This document shows, in pieces, positions 46,579-56,739 of a stretch of DNA of 64,000 nt; the first letter of the stretch is position 1, and each line of letters starts with the position of its first letter. The DNA is taken from assembly GCA_016716505.1 (NCBI GenBank), contig JADJWF010000003.1, positions 400,674-464,673 of the forward strand, given 5' to 3'. This DNA is from Verrucomicrobiota bacterium (GTDB taxonomy: Bacteria > Verrucomicrobiota > Verrucomicrobiia > Limisphaerales > J093). A model generated the notes under the pieces. That model saw nothing but the letters and a program-made list of their open reading frames with translations, did not search any database and was not told the DNA's origin. Made by a program: the position numbers and the translations under genes.

Positions 46579-47496
46579 ATGAGCACGCCCACCGTTTGTC
46601 GTCGTTCGTTTTTGAAGTATGTGGCCGCCACCCTCGCCGGTGGTGGCATTGCCAGCACCGCCCGAGCAGTCGAACCGTTCAACCGCCCGGGCAAACCGGT
46701 GCTCCGCCTGAGTCTCGCCGCGTATTCGTTCCGCGATTTCTTCAATGCCGCCGAGCCGGCCAAGCGGTTGACCCTGCCCCAGTTCATTGACTTCTGCGCC
46801 GAACACGGCTGCGAGGGAACAGAACTGACCAGTTACTACTTTCCCAAACCGCTCGACTCAGCCTTTCTCATCCGCCTGAAGCGGCATGCCTTTCTGCGCG
46901 GCCTGACCATCAGCGGCACCGCGGTGGGCAACAACTTTGCCCGGCCACCGGGGCCGGAGCTCGATCGCGAAATCGCCGCGGTGAAGGAATGGATTGACCA
47001 CGCGGCCGTCCTCGGCGCGCCCCACATTCGGGTCTTCGCGGGGGAGGCCCGCGGCCTGGACAAGGCGGAGGCCAAACGGCAGTGCATCCGCGCGCTCGAG
47101 GAATGCGGCGAATATGCCGGACGGCGGGGCATCTGGCTCGGACTCGAAAACCACGGCGGCATCGTGGCGCAGGTGGACGACCTGCTCGAAATCCTCGGCG
47201 CCGTGAAGTCGCCCTGGGTCGGAGTCAACTTCGACGGCGGCAATTTCTACGGCCCGGGCGATCCGTACGACGACATGGCCCGGCTCGCTCCCTACGCCGT
47301 CAACGCGCAGATCAAGGTGGAAGTCCATCACCCCGGTCAGGGCAAGAAGCCGGCGGACCTGCCGCGCATCGTGAGGATTCTGCGCGACGCGAACTACCAA
47401 GGTTTCGTCGCTCTGGAATACGAAGCAAACGAGGATCCTCGGCGAGCCGTGCCCGTGTGGTTAAACCGGCTGCGCGAGGCATTCGCCGGCGCCTGA
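46579..47496 (+). CDS. Tat-exported sugar phosphate isomerase/epimerase (xylose-isomerase-like TIM barrel)
   Basis: Start MSTPTVCRRSFLKYVAATLAGGGIASTARA (twin-arginine motif). Barrel motifs HIRVFAG, LGLENHGG, NFDGGNF and VALEYE. Confidence 0.88.
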   Translation: MSTPTVCRRSFLKYVAATLAGGGIASTARAVEPFNRPGKPVLRLSLAAYSFRDFFNAAEPAKRLTLPQFIDFCAEHGCEGTELTSYYFPKPLDSAFLIRLKRHAFLRGLTISGTAVGNNFARPPGPELDREIAAVKEWIDHAAVLGAPHIRVFAGEARGLDKAEAKRQCIRALEECGEYAGRRGIWLGLENHGGIVAQVDDLLEILGAVKSPWVGVNFDGGNFYGPGDPYDDMARLAPYAVNAQIKVEVHHPGQGKKPADLPRIVRILRDANYQGFVALEYEANEDPRRAVPVWLNRLREAFAGA

Positions 47497-47526
47497 ATCG
47501 CCGCCGCCCCTGCTGCGGGTCGGGGG

Positions 47527-50508
47527 CTATTTTTCCGCCGTGCCGATGTACTCGAGGAGGTCCGCGACGCCTTGAGGGTCAAGCCCCGCCTCCAGTTCGT
47601 CCGGCATGAGCGACTTCCCTGTACTCCGCATGGCGGCGATGCTCGTCCGCGGGATGACCGTTTCCTTGCCGTAGGCCTGACGCAGGGTCACTGCGGTGGC
47701 CGTCTCGTTGACGAGAACGCCGAGCACGCTCTCGTCGTCCTTGGTCTCCACCTCGTAGGCCACGTACTGCGGCAGCAACTCGCGACTGGGGTCAATCAGG
47801 TTCGAGAGCAGCTTGTCCTTGCCCGCGTTGCGCACGCTGACGAGATCCGGGCCGACAAGCCACCCTTCGCCCCCCAGTCGGTGGCAGGAGGCGCAGCGCT
47901 CCTGAAACACCTGCCGGCCTCGGGCCGCATCACCGGCGAGCGTCAAGGCGGGTTCATAAGCCGCGAGCACCTCCTCCCGGCTGCCGGCCCCTGCCGCCGT
48001 CAGCAGCCGGACGGCGCGGCCGCGAATCGCCTCATCGCGGTGGTTGGTGAGCTGATCTATCTGCACGGAGGTCAGGTCCGTCCGGCGAATCACACCCGAC
48101 TCCACCGCGCCCAACAACGCAGGCAGCCGCTCCGGCCGGCCCAGCAACACCGCCACCGCCGCCTCCCGTAGGCGTGGGGTGAAGGCGGGCCAACGGGCGA
48201 CGAGGGCGGTCGCAAGCTCGGGGCCCGAGAGACGCCCCAGCGTCTCCAGCGCCGCGAGTTGGATTGGCTGCGGGGTTTCCGGGGTGAGCAGGGACAGCAG
48301 CAGAACGCCGGCTTCCTCGAAACGCGTGAGCGCCAGCAGTTCCACGGCGCGAACCCGGTCACGCTCGGGTTGCTGGCTGTCCCGGGCCAGAACGCGGGCG
48401 CGCTCCAGGATCGGTTGAATCCGTTCGGCCGCGAGCGACGCCCGGGCGCGGCGCAACCCCTCGGCAAGCCCATGCACCAGTGCAAACGCCGCGGCAGGGT
48501 CGGGCGTGCGGGCAACGTGATCCAGCACGGCGGCGACCTCGTTGCTCTGGTTGCGCGCGCCAATGACGCGGACCAGATCCCGCAGGAATTCCGGCGCGGC
48601 CACCGGTTGACCGCCCGAACGCCGCGCGAGCCGCTGGAACAATTCTCCCGCTCCGTCAGCGAGAGAACTCAGTATCGCTGCCCGCATCCACGGATCGCCA
48701 CCGTCCCGCACGGCCAAATCCTCCAGACCCTGAATGCGTTCGGGCCCCCGGCATTCTCCCAGCGTGAACGCCACTTGATACCGTACCAACGGCGACGAAT
48801 CACCCGTCATTGCGAGCAGCCGGGCGGGCAGTGGGTGGGTTGCCCCGGCGCTCGCGAGAAAAGGTTCCGACAGTTTCACCGCGTGTTCGCGGACCCGGTC
48901 GTCGGTGTCGTCGAGGGCGCGCTGAAGGTGTTCCTGCCGCAGCGCGCCCAGTCCCGCCAGCGCGTAAAGGGCATGCAAGCGGCCGAGAGGCGACGCAGCG
49001 TCCCCCAAGAGTCGCTCGAGCGCCGGAATCGCTGCCCGATCCGGTCGCTCGTAAATCAGTCGCGCCGCTGTCTCCCGATGCCACGCGTTACGGTGCCCCA
49101 GCGCGGCCACGAGTTCCGCCGTGCCCGCCTCGCCGAGCCGCGGCCGAGCCGGCGGTTTGAATCCGGTAGGCACCACGCGGTAGATGCGGCCACGATCGTT
49201 GCCGGCATTGAGATCCAGGTGCTTCTTCAATGCCGGCGGCAGCGACCACGGGTGCTCGATGATCTCGCGATACATGTCCACGATGTAGAGCGCGCCGTCG
49301 GGTCCGTTCACCAACTGCACCGGACGAAACCATGTGTCGCGGGAGGTCAGGAATTCGACCCGCTGCTCCTCCGCCGGTCTTTCGGCCCGCAGAACCACGC
49401 CGTCCTGTCGCAGCTTCTTGCGATGAATCAGATTGCTCCCGCAGTCGGCGGTGAACGCATCACCCACAAACTCCTCGGGCCACGCATCCCCGCGATAAAT
49501 GGTGACGCCGGTGGCGCTCGTGAAGTAACCGCTCGCCCGGCCGCCGCCTTCGATGAGCCCGGGCACGGCGCCGCTCACGCGCCAGCGCGTGCGAATGACC
49601 CGCCACGGTTCCTCCGGACTGGTGCGAAAGACCTCCGCTGCCGGGCCGTCCACGGCGATGCTCTGCAGCACCGGCGGCATGTCGAAGTAGGGATTCCGCG
49701 CCGCGTAGCGGGCATCGTATTGGAACACCCGAAGGTGGTCGCTGTTGTTGCAGGTGAAGCGGCGGCCGCGATCGTCAAACGCCAGCCCGTACTGTCCACC
49801 CCCGGCCTCGGCAACCATTTCCCACGTGCGCGGGTCGAAGGCGAAGTCGCGTCCGCGCACATTCACCGATCGCCCGGCGGGCCAGCGCGGGGAAGTAATC
49901 TCGCCACCGTTTGGCGCCGTGCAGCCGTGGATGCGGTTGTCCAATCCCCAGCGGAAGCTGTTCACCATGGCCTGCATGTTGAGCTGGTTGGTGGCGTAGG
50001 GCGCGTAATCAATGGCGAAGCCCGTGAAGGCGAGCTCCCGGCTTTCGGCCTTGCCGTCGCCGTCGGTGTCCCGACAGAAGAAAACGTCCGGGGTCGCGGC
50101 CACGAACAATCCGCCGTTGGCCCAGAAGACGCCGGTCGGCCACGGCAGGTCGTCCACAAAGACCCGGCTGCGGTCCATGCGGCCATCGCCGTCCGTGTCC
50201 TCCAACAGTCGGATCCGCCCGAGGTGCGGCTTGGCATCGCGCAGCTCCGAATAGTCAATCATCTCGACCGCGAACAATCTTCCGTTCTCATCGAAGCAGA
50301 TTTCGATCGGATCGCGGACCAGCGGCTCGGCGGCGACCAACTCGACCCGGAAGCCGGGCTTTACGACGAAGGTGGCCAGCGCTTCAGCCGGCTCGACCGG
50401 AGGGAAGCGCGGCAATTCCCGCAAGTCCACCTCGGGCTCGGCGGCCGCGAGCGCCCGGCCCACCAGCAGCAGGGCAAAGGCAATTCGCACGATGGCAGGA
50501 CGGTTCAT
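47527..50508 (-). CDS. PVC-type membrane-bound-dehydrogenase-domain / HEAT-repeat / haem-binding CxxCH protein
   Basis: Start at MNRPAIVRIAFALLLVGRALAAA (alternative Met at 50523). N-terminal FRVELVAAEPLVRDPIEICFDENGRLFAVEM... propeller-like domain, central HEAT-like repeats, and a C-terminal cytochrome c domain (RGRQVFQERCASCHRLGGEG...SLMPDELE). This architecture is common in Planctomycetes and Verrucomicrobia. Confidence 0.88.
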   Translation of the reverse strand: MNRPAIVRIAFALLLVGRALAAAEPEVDLRELPRFPPVEPAEALATFVVKPGFRVELVAAEPLVRDPIEICFDENGRLFAVEMIDYSELRDAKPHLGRIRLLEDTDGDGRMDRSRVFVDDLPWPTGVFWANGGLFVAATPDVFFCRDTDGDGKAESRELAFTGFAIDYAPYATNQLNMQAMVNSFRWGLDNRIHGCTAPNGGEITSPRWPAGRSVNVRGRDFAFDPRTWEMVAEAGGGQYGLAFDDRGRRFTCNNSDHLRVFQYDARYAARNPYFDMPPVLQSIAVDGPAAEVFRTSPEEPWRVIRTRWRVSGAVPGLIEGGGRASGYFTSATGVTIYRGDAWPEEFVGDAFTADCGSNLIHRKKLRQDGVVLRAERPAEEQRVEFLTSRDTWFRPVQLVNGPDGALYIVDMYREIIEHPWSLPPALKKHLDLNAGNDRGRIYRVVPTGFKPPARPRLGEAGTAELVAALGHRNAWHRETAARLIYERPDRAAIPALERLLGDAASPLGRLHALYALAGLGALRQEHLQRALDDTDDRVREHAVKLSEPFLASAGATHPLPARLLAMTGDSSPLVRYQVAFTLGECRGPERIQGLEDLAVRDGGDPWMRAAILSSLADGAGELFQRLARRSGGQPVAAPEFLRDLVRVIGARNQSNEVAAVLDHVARTPDPAAAFALVHGLAEGLRRARASLAAERIQPILERARVLARDSQQPERDRVRAVELLALTRFEEAGVLLLSLLTPETPQPIQLAALETLGRLSGPELATALVARWPAFTPRLREAAVAVLLGRPERLPALLGAVESGVIRRTDLTSVQIDQLTNHRDEAIRGRAVRLLTAAGAGSREEVLAAYEPALTLAGDAARGRQVFQERCASCHRLGGEGWLVGPDLVSVRNAGKDKLLSNLIDPSRELLPQYVAYEVETKDDESVLGVLVNETATAVTLRQAYGKETVIPRTSIAAMRSTGKSLMPDELEAGLDPQGVADLLEYIGTAEK

Positions 50509-50623
50509 TTGAGCGGCCACCATTGAAACAAGGCGAGCTTCCGTGGGAAACGCGAAACGGACGGCCGTGGGCAGGAAGTCGGCCGGGCTTGCGTCCGTCT
50601 TTGGGAGCAGCGAGGGTGCCCCC

Positions 50624-52963
50624 ATGCCGTCTGGTTCCACCCTCCCGCTCACCACTGGGTTGATGGCCGCGCTGGGTTGCTTGTCGGTTGCTGTGCCGAA
50701 AGCCGCCTCCACCATCGAAACCGTCGCGTGGAAAGTTCCCGCCAAGGCTCCGGATGCGGCGGAGCTCGCCTTGCCGGGAGACGTGACCCTTCAAGGCTTC
50801 CTGGGGCGACGCGTCGCGGTCAACGCCTCTGAACGGCTGGCGAAGGTGGACCTCGAGCCGCTGCTGGCCGGGTTCCGTCAGAAGCCGGGATCGCATCCGT
50901 GGATTGGTGAGCACATTGGCAAATGGCTGCACGCCGCGACGCTCGCGTGGGCGCAAACGGCCGACGACGCCCTGAAAGCGCGGCTCGATGATGCCGTCGC
51001 CGAACTGATCAAAGCGCAGGAGCCCGATGGGTATCTCGGCACTTACCCGCCCAACCAGCGCTTTGGACTGTACGAGGGGGCGGATTGGGATGTGTGGTCG
51101 CACAAGTATTGCCTGATGGGTCTGCTGACCTACCACCAATACACGGGCGACGCAGCGGCGCTCGAAGCCAGCCGCAAGGCGGCCGACCTGCTGCTCGCGA
51201 CCTTCCCTGCCAGGAAAAGCATTCTCGCCGCCGGCACGCACGTGGGCATGGCGGCAACCAGCGTGCTCGAACCGATGGTTCTGCTGTACCGCCTCACGGC
51301 CGAACCGCGGTATCATGAATTTTGCGAGTACCTGGTGAAGTCGTGGGACGAGCCAAACGGACCGCGCATCCTGGCGACCCTGCTGACCGAAAAGCAGGTC
51401 AATCGGACGGCCAACGGCAAGGCTTACGAAATGCTCTCCAACTTGGTGGGCCTCTGTGAACTGTATCGCGTCAGTGGCGAGCCGCGGTATCTCCGGGCGG
51501 CGTTGAATGCCTGGGAGGACGTAGTGAGTAAACGCCTCTACATCACCGGCAGCGCCAGCCAGGGCGAGCATTTCCGCGACGACCACTACCTGCCCAATGG
51601 TGAAAGCGCCCACGTGGCGGAGACCTGTGTGACCACCACATGGGTCCAGTTCAACGAACAACTCCTCCGCCTCACCGCCGAGGCGCGCTTCGGCCACGAG
51701 CTCGAACGAACGTTTTACAACCACCTCACCGCGGCCCAGCGTCCCGATGGCGCGCAATGGTGCTACTTCACCCCGCTGGAGGGACGCAAACCGTACGGCC
51801 CGGGCATCAACTGCTGCGTCTCCAGCGGCCCGCGCGGCGTGGCCCTCGTGCCGCCCGCGGCGGCCTTTACCTATCGGGCGCCGGGCGCGCCCGGTATCGC
51901 AATCAATCTCTTCGAACTCGCCGAGTTCAGGACGACCGTGGACGGCGAGCCGGTCGGGCTGCGGGTCCGCACGGAATTCCCGAAAGAGGGGCGAATGACG
52001 GTGACCGTGAACGCGCGCCGTCCGGTGTCCTTCGCACTGCGAATCCGTCAACCCGCGTGGGCGGGGACGCTGAAAGCGACTGCACCCGAACCGCTCGGTG
52101 CCGTCGAACGTGACGGCTGGCTCGAGATTGGTCCGCGCGCCTGGGCACCCGGCACTTCGCTCCAGGTCACCTTCACCTGCGATTCCCGCCTCATCCCGGG
52201 CGACCACACAAACGCCAGTAAGGCCGCCTTGGCGTGGGGACCGTTCGTCCTGGCCTACGACACCTCCGAGAATCCAGGCCTGCCCGTCCCCTCGCTCGTG
52301 GCGCTTGGGGACGCCGCCGACCAAGCCCCGGCAACCTTGGCCAGTGCCGCGCCATTGCGCCTGACCGCGCGCGTGCGAATCCCCCGTTCCCCGGCGCCGA
52401 AGGTGGCGACGCTCGTCCCCTTTGCCGATGCCGGGGCCCGCGGCGGCCGCTATGCCGTGTGGCTCCGGGCGCCGGACGCGGCGCTTCCGGTCAGCGACTC
52501 CCTTTTCCTGTTCGCCGACGAAGCCCGGAGCCAGACCGGCAATGTCAGCGGCTCGATCACGGACGGCGATCCCGCTTCGTTTGTGGTCACCTTCAACGGC
52601 CGGCCCCAGACGCAGGCGTGGTTTGAAGTTCGGGCCCCGCACCCAGTAACGCTCGGCCGGGTGGTGTTCACCCACGGACAGAACTTCCACGATGGCGGCT
52701 GGTTTGACACCTCCGGCGGGAAACCGCGTGTCGAGGTCCGCCGGACCAACGACGGGCCTTGGGAGACGGTTGGGGAAATCGCCGATTACCCCGCGACCTC
52801 CTCGAGGGACCACGGGGGCCTTAAAGCGGGTCAACCGTTCTCGTTGCGCCTGACCACGCCGGTTGAAGCCCTGGCGGTGCGCGTGATCGGCAAACCGGCC
52901 GGCGGCGACAACCCGGCCCAAGCGTTCGCCTCGTGTGGCGAACTCGAAGCGTTCCCGAAATAG
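50624..52963 (+). CDS. glycoside hydrolase family 127 (DUF1680, beta-L-arabinofuranosidase-like) with C-terminal discoidin-like domain
   Basis: Start taken at the ATG at 50624, which leaves a 115-nt divergent spacer. HPWIGEHIGKWLHAATLAW...EPDGYLGTY...WDVWSHKYCLMGLL. The catalytic/zinc Cys context is AETCVTTTW and GINCCVSSGPRG (the E-x-C and CC motifs of GH127, from memory). Confidence 0.86.
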   Translation: MPSGSTLPLTTGLMAALGCLSVAVPKAASTIETVAWKVPAKAPDAAELALPGDVTLQGFLGRRVAVNASERLAKVDLEPLLAGFRQKPGSHPWIGEHIGKWLHAATLAWAQTADDALKARLDDAVAELIKAQEPDGYLGTYPPNQRFGLYEGADWDVWSHKYCLMGLLTYHQYTGDAAALEASRKAADLLLATFPARKSILAAGTHVGMAATSVLEPMVLLYRLTAEPRYHEFCEYLVKSWDEPNGPRILATLLTEKQVNRTANGKAYEMLSNLVGLCELYRVSGEPRYLRAALNAWEDVVSKRLYITGSASQGEHFRDDHYLPNGESAHVAETCVTTTWVQFNEQLLRLTAEARFGHELERTFYNHLTAAQRPDGAQWCYFTPLEGRKPYGPGINCCVSSGPRGVALVPPAAAFTYRAPGAPGIAINLFELAEFRTTVDGEPVGLRVRTEFPKEGRMTVTVNARRPVSFALRIRQPAWAGTLKATAPEPLGAVERDGWLEIGPRAWAPGTSLQVTFTCDSRLIPGDHTNASKAALAWGPFVLAYDTSENPGLPVPSLVALGDAADQAPATLASAAPLRLTARVRIPRSPAPKVATLVPFADAGARGGRYAVWLRAPDAALPVSDSLFLFADEARSQTGNVSGSITDGDPASFVVTFNGRPQTQAWFEVRAPHPVTLGRVVFTHGQNFHDGGWFDTSGGKPRVEVRRTNDGPWETVGEIADYPATSSRDHGGLKAGQPFSLRLTTPVEALAVRVIGKPAGGDNPAQAFASCGELEAFPK

Positions 52964-53023
52964 CCGGCTCCCCCCGGTCGAAGCCGCCGGAGGCGATTGG
53001 GCGGGTTTGTTGGCAACCCCTGA

Positions 53024-53899
53024 TTACGTGCCCGGCGAATAGCGCTGGCCCAGGAGGGTGAGCCCGAACAGGGCGACAAATACCAGCGACACGCGCGCCG
53101 GTTCGGCGACCACGTTGAGAAGATCCACCAGGACGATTCCGGCGAGCAGCCTCGAGACGGCCGGGCCGTACTGGGCGCCGGAGTCATTGAACACATCCTT
53201 CAGCGAGGCCCACAGCCAGATGGCGAGCAGCAGGCTCAATGCGATGGCGGTCTCGCGGTAAGGTCCGGCGTTGGCCACCAGAGCGAGCGCCATCGGGACC
53301 ACCATCAGCAGGATAGGCCACCACGCCAGCGGCGCGCGTGAGACTTCCTGCCGCGAGACACAGCTCAGCCCGGCCACGTAACAGGCGAGCGCGAGGCCAC
53401 ACCACACGACCAGGCCGGTGACGCCATGGAAGCTCGCCGAGGCCGCCACGAGGTACAGGTTTAACCGGCACGCCGCCATCAGCACTGGCGCGAGCGCGGT
53501 CGCCTTGTGAACCAGGTCGTAGGTGAAGACCAGCACGACCAGCGTCAGTGAAAGCCAGAGACTGGCATGGGCCAGCATGTCGAGCACGAGAACCCCTGCC
53601 GCCAAGGCTGCCACGCCTCCGAGGAAGACCGAGGTCGGGGAGATGCGCCCGGACGGGATCGCCCTCGCCGGCCGGAAGCGCGCATCGAAGTCGCGGTCGA
53701 AGTAGTCGTTCAGCATCACGCCGCCGGCGTAAACGAAGCTGCCACCGATGATCGTCCCGAGCAGCGACACAAAGTCCGTACCGCCGCCGATGAGGATGGC
53801 CGCAAGGCAGTTCGACCACACGGTCGGAAGGTTCGTCACGCGGGCGAGTGTCAACCACACGCCGATCCGCTGACCGAGTTCGCGACGTTGGTCCCGCAT
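53024..53899 (-). CDS. UbiA-family aromatic prenyltransferase
   Basis: 291 aa with ~8 predicted TM helices. First Asp-rich motif NDYFDRDFD, followed by RPARAIPSGRIS. Confidence 0.88.
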   Translation of the reverse strand: MRDQRRELGQRIGVWLTLARVTNLPTVWSNCLAAILIGGGTDFVSLLGTIIGGSFVYAGGVMLNDYFDRDFDARFRPARAIPSGRISPTSVFLGGVAALAAGVLVLDMLAHASLWLSLTLVVLVFTYDLVHKATALAPVLMAACRLNLYLVAASASFHGVTGLVVWCGLALACYVAGLSCVSRQEVSRAPLAWWPILLMVVPMALALVANAGPYRETAIALSLLLAIWLWASLKDVFNDSGAQYGPAVSRLLAGIVLVDLLNVVAEPARVSLVFVALFGLTLLGQRYSPGT

Positions 53900-54005
53900 G
53901 GCGCGTCAAGGAAACGGGGCCTCGTGTGGAAAAGCAATCTCCGCCAAGCCGGACGCCCGGTTCCCACTTGACGCTGCGGAGAACCGTCCTTGAACTGACG
54001 CCATC

Positions 54006-54674
54006 ATGAAACGGTGCATCACGTTGTGTCTGACGGTCGCCGCCCTGGCCTTGGGCAGCCCCTTGGAGATTCGGGCGATGCCGGGCGACGATGCCAAAGA
54101 CGCCGAGCTGAAGCGCAAGGCTGACGAGGTGGATCGGCTGCGGAGAGAACTCGTCCAACAGGAGACCGAACTCAAACGGCTGCGGCAGGAGAACGAACGC
54201 CTGCGCCGGCAGAAAACGCCGCCAGCCATGGTGGAGCCCGCTGCAACAACCGCCCCCAAGCCCGTCACTCCCATTGCTGCGTTGCCACCGCTCGTCGAGG
54301 GAAGCGTCGTTGAGGCGAGCGAACTGGCCGGCCATTTTGCGCAGGAAGGGCCGGTAGCGGCCCAACGATATGTCGGCAGGCAACTCAAGGTGCGAGGTGA
54401 GGTTCTGCGGTTCGCCCGAGGCATGGTGACGCGCGATTACACCCTCATCCTGGGCACCGGCGATCCGGCGAACGTCGTCGTCTGCAATTTCACCTATGCC
54501 GACGGCTACGCCGCAGTTTACCCCAAGGGTCACGGCGGTGAACTGGTGGCTCGTACCAAAAGCGGCAGCGAGATCCCGCTGGCCCGCGCGGGTCAGACCG
54601 TGACGGTCTCGGGGAAGTGCAAAGGCTTCAAGAACGGCGAGGTTCTGCTGACCGGCTGCTCGCTCGTCCGCTGA
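54006..54674 (+). CDS. secreted coiled-coil protein with C-terminal OB-fold-like domain (hypothetical)
   Basis: Signal peptide MKRCITLCLTVAALALGSPLEIRA, coiled coil (ELKRKADEVDRLRRELVQQETELKRLRQENERLRRQ), Pro/Ala linker. The C-terminal YVGRQLKVRGEVLRF...VTVSGKCKGFKNGEVLLTGCSLV resembles tRNA_anti-like OB domains. Confidence 0.6.
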   Translation: MKRCITLCLTVAALALGSPLEIRAMPGDDAKDAELKRKADEVDRLRRELVQQETELKRLRQENERLRRQKTPPAMVEPAATTAPKPVTPIAALPPLVEGSVVEASELAGHFAQEGPVAAQRYVGRQLKVRGEVLRFARGMVTRDYTLILGTGDPANVVVCNFTYADGYAAVYPKGHGGELVARTKSGSEIPLARAGQTVTVSGKCKGFKNGEVLLTGCSLVR

Positions 54675-55173
54675 ACCTCCTTCCGTTCCGCTCCACGGCG
54701 AGGGGCGGAATTCGAGCAGCGATTACGCTCATCTCCCTGGCTCCCATCCCTCCGAGGACGCCCTCGGTTGGTCACCCCCGAGGCGCTGGCGACGCCCCGC
54801 TTTCCCGGGTTGTTCGCGCCGCCACCCTCCGACTTCCGACTGATCAGCGAACTGGCCCGCGCCCCCAGGGTCGTGGCCCCGCGCGTTGCCGTGAGCGCCT
54901 AGCGGTCGGAGCGGCCGCCGCCAACCGTGCAGAGCGCGTAGATGAGCTGGCCGACGCTGAACTCGGGCCGTAGTCGCGCCCCTGAGCCCGGCGCGGAGCT
55001 AGGCACGCGATCGGAGGGTACCAGAGGTCGAAGCGGTGGACCGGGGCCTCGACGGCGACGAGGCCGGCGTGGATCGAGTGGTCGGTGTTGCCGACCAACT
55101 GGAGTTGGAGCCCACCGTCATGCTTGGTGATGGAGGGATGCTGACCGGGACGGAACCGGGCCCGCGGAATTCA

Positions 55174-56739
55174 TCACCGGTTGCCGCTTTTCACCTCAGG
55201 CGTGATGGTTGGGGCGTCGGAATACCGACCTGCGATGGAGTGGACATCCGCCGGAGACCGTGCGGGGAGTACGAGGCGAAAGCAGGTATGCCCCGGGCGA
55301 CTCTCCTTTAGGTCGAGCGTGCCCCCATGGGCGCGGACGATCTCCCGGGCGAGACTCAGGCCCAAACCGGCCCCTTCGATGGTCCCGCTGCGGGCGGTGG
55401 CCCCCCGGAAAAAACGGTCGAACAATCGTGTTTGGTCCGCCTCCGGAATGCCCGGGCCGCCGTTGCCGACTTCCAGCACCACTTCGCCGTCGCTGCCCTC
55501 GAGCGCCACGCGGATCCAACCGCCGGGTTCATTGTAGCGGACGGCGTTCTGCAAGACGTTGCCGACGGCCTGCCGCAAGAGCGGCCAGTCCGCGTCGAGC
55601 GACAACGCGGGCGGGAGTCGCCGCTCAATCCGGAGGTGCTGGTCGGCTGCCAGGATCTCAATGTCTTCGATGAGTTCGTTCAACGCGGAGCTCAGGTCAA
55701 GACGGCTCCGAGTGAGCGGCAGCGGCCCAGCATCGGCCTGGGCCAACAGCAGCAGGCTCCGGGTGATGGTCTTGAGCCGCTGAGTCTGTTCGAGCAACTC
55801 GACGAACGCCTGCTGCTCCCGCGAGCCCGGCGCCGCCGCCTGCAACGCGGCCTCGATCTCCCCCTGCATCACCGCCAGCGGTGTCTTCAATTCGTGCGAG
55901 GCATCGGCGCTGAATCGCGTCGCTTGCTGGAAGCTGGTTTGCAGCCGGTCCATCATGCCGTTCAGCACCCGGATCAGCCGCGCGATCTCCGGATCCTCTG
56001 CTGACCAGGTGATGCGTTGGTCCAGACCGCGGGCTGTCATCCCCTCGGCCACCTGCGAGATTCGACGCAACGGACGCAGCGCACGGCCCGCCACCCACCA
56101 TCCGCCCCCGCCAATGGCCAACAGGGCGAACGGGAACGCGATCAGAAACGCGTTGCGCATCCGCCTCAACTCGCGGTCGAGTTCCGCGCCATTGAGCCCG
56201 ATTACCAACCGGTCGCTGCCCTCTCCGAAAACTCCCACCCGCCAATGGGTGGCGGCGGTTCGAAAGGTCCGGAAACGTGGTACCTTCGAGAACACGGCCA
56301 CTGGGGCGTTGGCTCCGGGTCCGGGCCCGCCGGAAGCCCCGCCCGCCCACGGTGGCCCGCGCCCGGCGATGCGGCGGATGCCCGCGGTTGAGGGATCGTC
56401 GGCCAGTCGCAGCTCCGCCGGGCCGATGGCCAGTTCTCCCGGCCAGTTCGGCGAACGGTAGCGCACCTCGCCCGCGGCGTTCGCCACGAGCAGGATGAGT
56501 TGGTCCTTGCGATCCTCGCCGAAGACGAACTCGATCGCGCTGGCCAGCCGTTCGAAGTTGGCCCGGCCACCGATCCAGCCCGGATGACGATACGCCAGGG
56601 CCCGCAGTTCGCGGTCGAGGGCTGCCACCCGTTCGCGGTGGAGCAGGAACCAGCCGGTCGCACCGAACGTGAGGAGCACGCCGCCAGAAATCGCGGCCGA
56701 CAGGAGAGCGATGCGGAGCCGGAACGGTATTGGCTTCAT
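55174..56739 (-). CDS. sensor histidine kinase, heavy-metal-sensor (CusS/CopS)-like
   Basis: Start MKPIPFRLRIALLSAAISGGVLLTF (ATG at 56737-56739, an ATGA overlap with the regulator stop). Two TM helices flank a ~190-aa periplasmic domain, then HAMP. H-box FSADASHELKTPLAVMQGEIE; N/G boxes QNAVRYN, VGNGGPGIP and GLGLSLA. Confidence 0.9.
   Translation of the reverse strand: MKPIPFRLRIALLSAAISGGVLLTFGATGWFLLHRERVAALDRELRALAYRHPGWIGGRANFERLASAIEFVFGEDRKDQLILLVANAAGEVRYRSPNWPGELAIGPAELRLADDPSTAGIRRIAGRGPPWAGGASGGPGPGANAPVAVFSKVPRFRTFRTAATHWRVGVFGEGSDRLVIGLNGAELDRELRRMRNAFLIAFPFALLAIGGGGWWVAGRALRPLRRISQVAEGMTARGLDQRITWSAEDPEIARLIRVLNGMMDRLQTSFQQATRFSADASHELKTPLAVMQGEIEAALQAAAPGSREQQAFVELLEQTQRLKTITRSLLLLAQADAGPLPLTRSRLDLSSALNELIEDIEILAADQHLRIERRLPPALSLDADWPLLRQAVGNVLQNAVRYNEPGGWIRVALEGSDGEVVLEVGNGGPGIPEADQTRLFDRFFRGATARSGTIEGAGLGLSLAREIVRAHGGTLDLKESRPGHTCFRLVLPARSPADVHSIAGRYSDAPTITPEVKSGNR

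Noticed and set aside
46432-46806. Upstream extensions of ORFs giving longer proteins. Examples are 46806 for the 1118-aa gene, 35476 for DUF1080, 38717 for ARH, 40366 for the binding protein, 56871 for the kinase, 57668 for the regulator and 58629 for DUF2202.
   Set aside because: The extensions are Arg/Gly/Ser-rich. They overlap neighbouring genes or promoters, and they precede obvious signal peptides or canonical N-termini that begin at internal ATG/GTG codons.
50384-52921. 845-aa minus-strand ORF antisense to GH127. Also 755 aa at 48259-50526, 635 aa at 43210-45117, 591 aa at 41367-43142, 522 aa at 38831-40399 and 463 aa at 37317-38708.
   Set aside because: The reasoning is the same. Each is the mirror frame of a gene with clear family signatures (GH127, PVC dehydrogenase, ABC ATPase, ARH, GH32). 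Their composition is low-complexity and Arg-rich.
53184-54533. 449-aa minus-strand ORF spanning the UbiA gene, the divergent spacer and the coiled-coil/OB gene.
   Set aside because: It crosses two better-supported genes and an intergenic promoter region, and its composition is non-coding-like.
54900-55150. Minus-strand peptide KHDGGLQLQLVGNTDHSIH, considered as a remnant of a prepilin-type H-X9-DG domain protein.
   Set aside because: The match to the H-X9-DG pattern is loose. There is no N-terminal methylation motif or extended ORF. It is kept only as part of the unexplained-gap finding.
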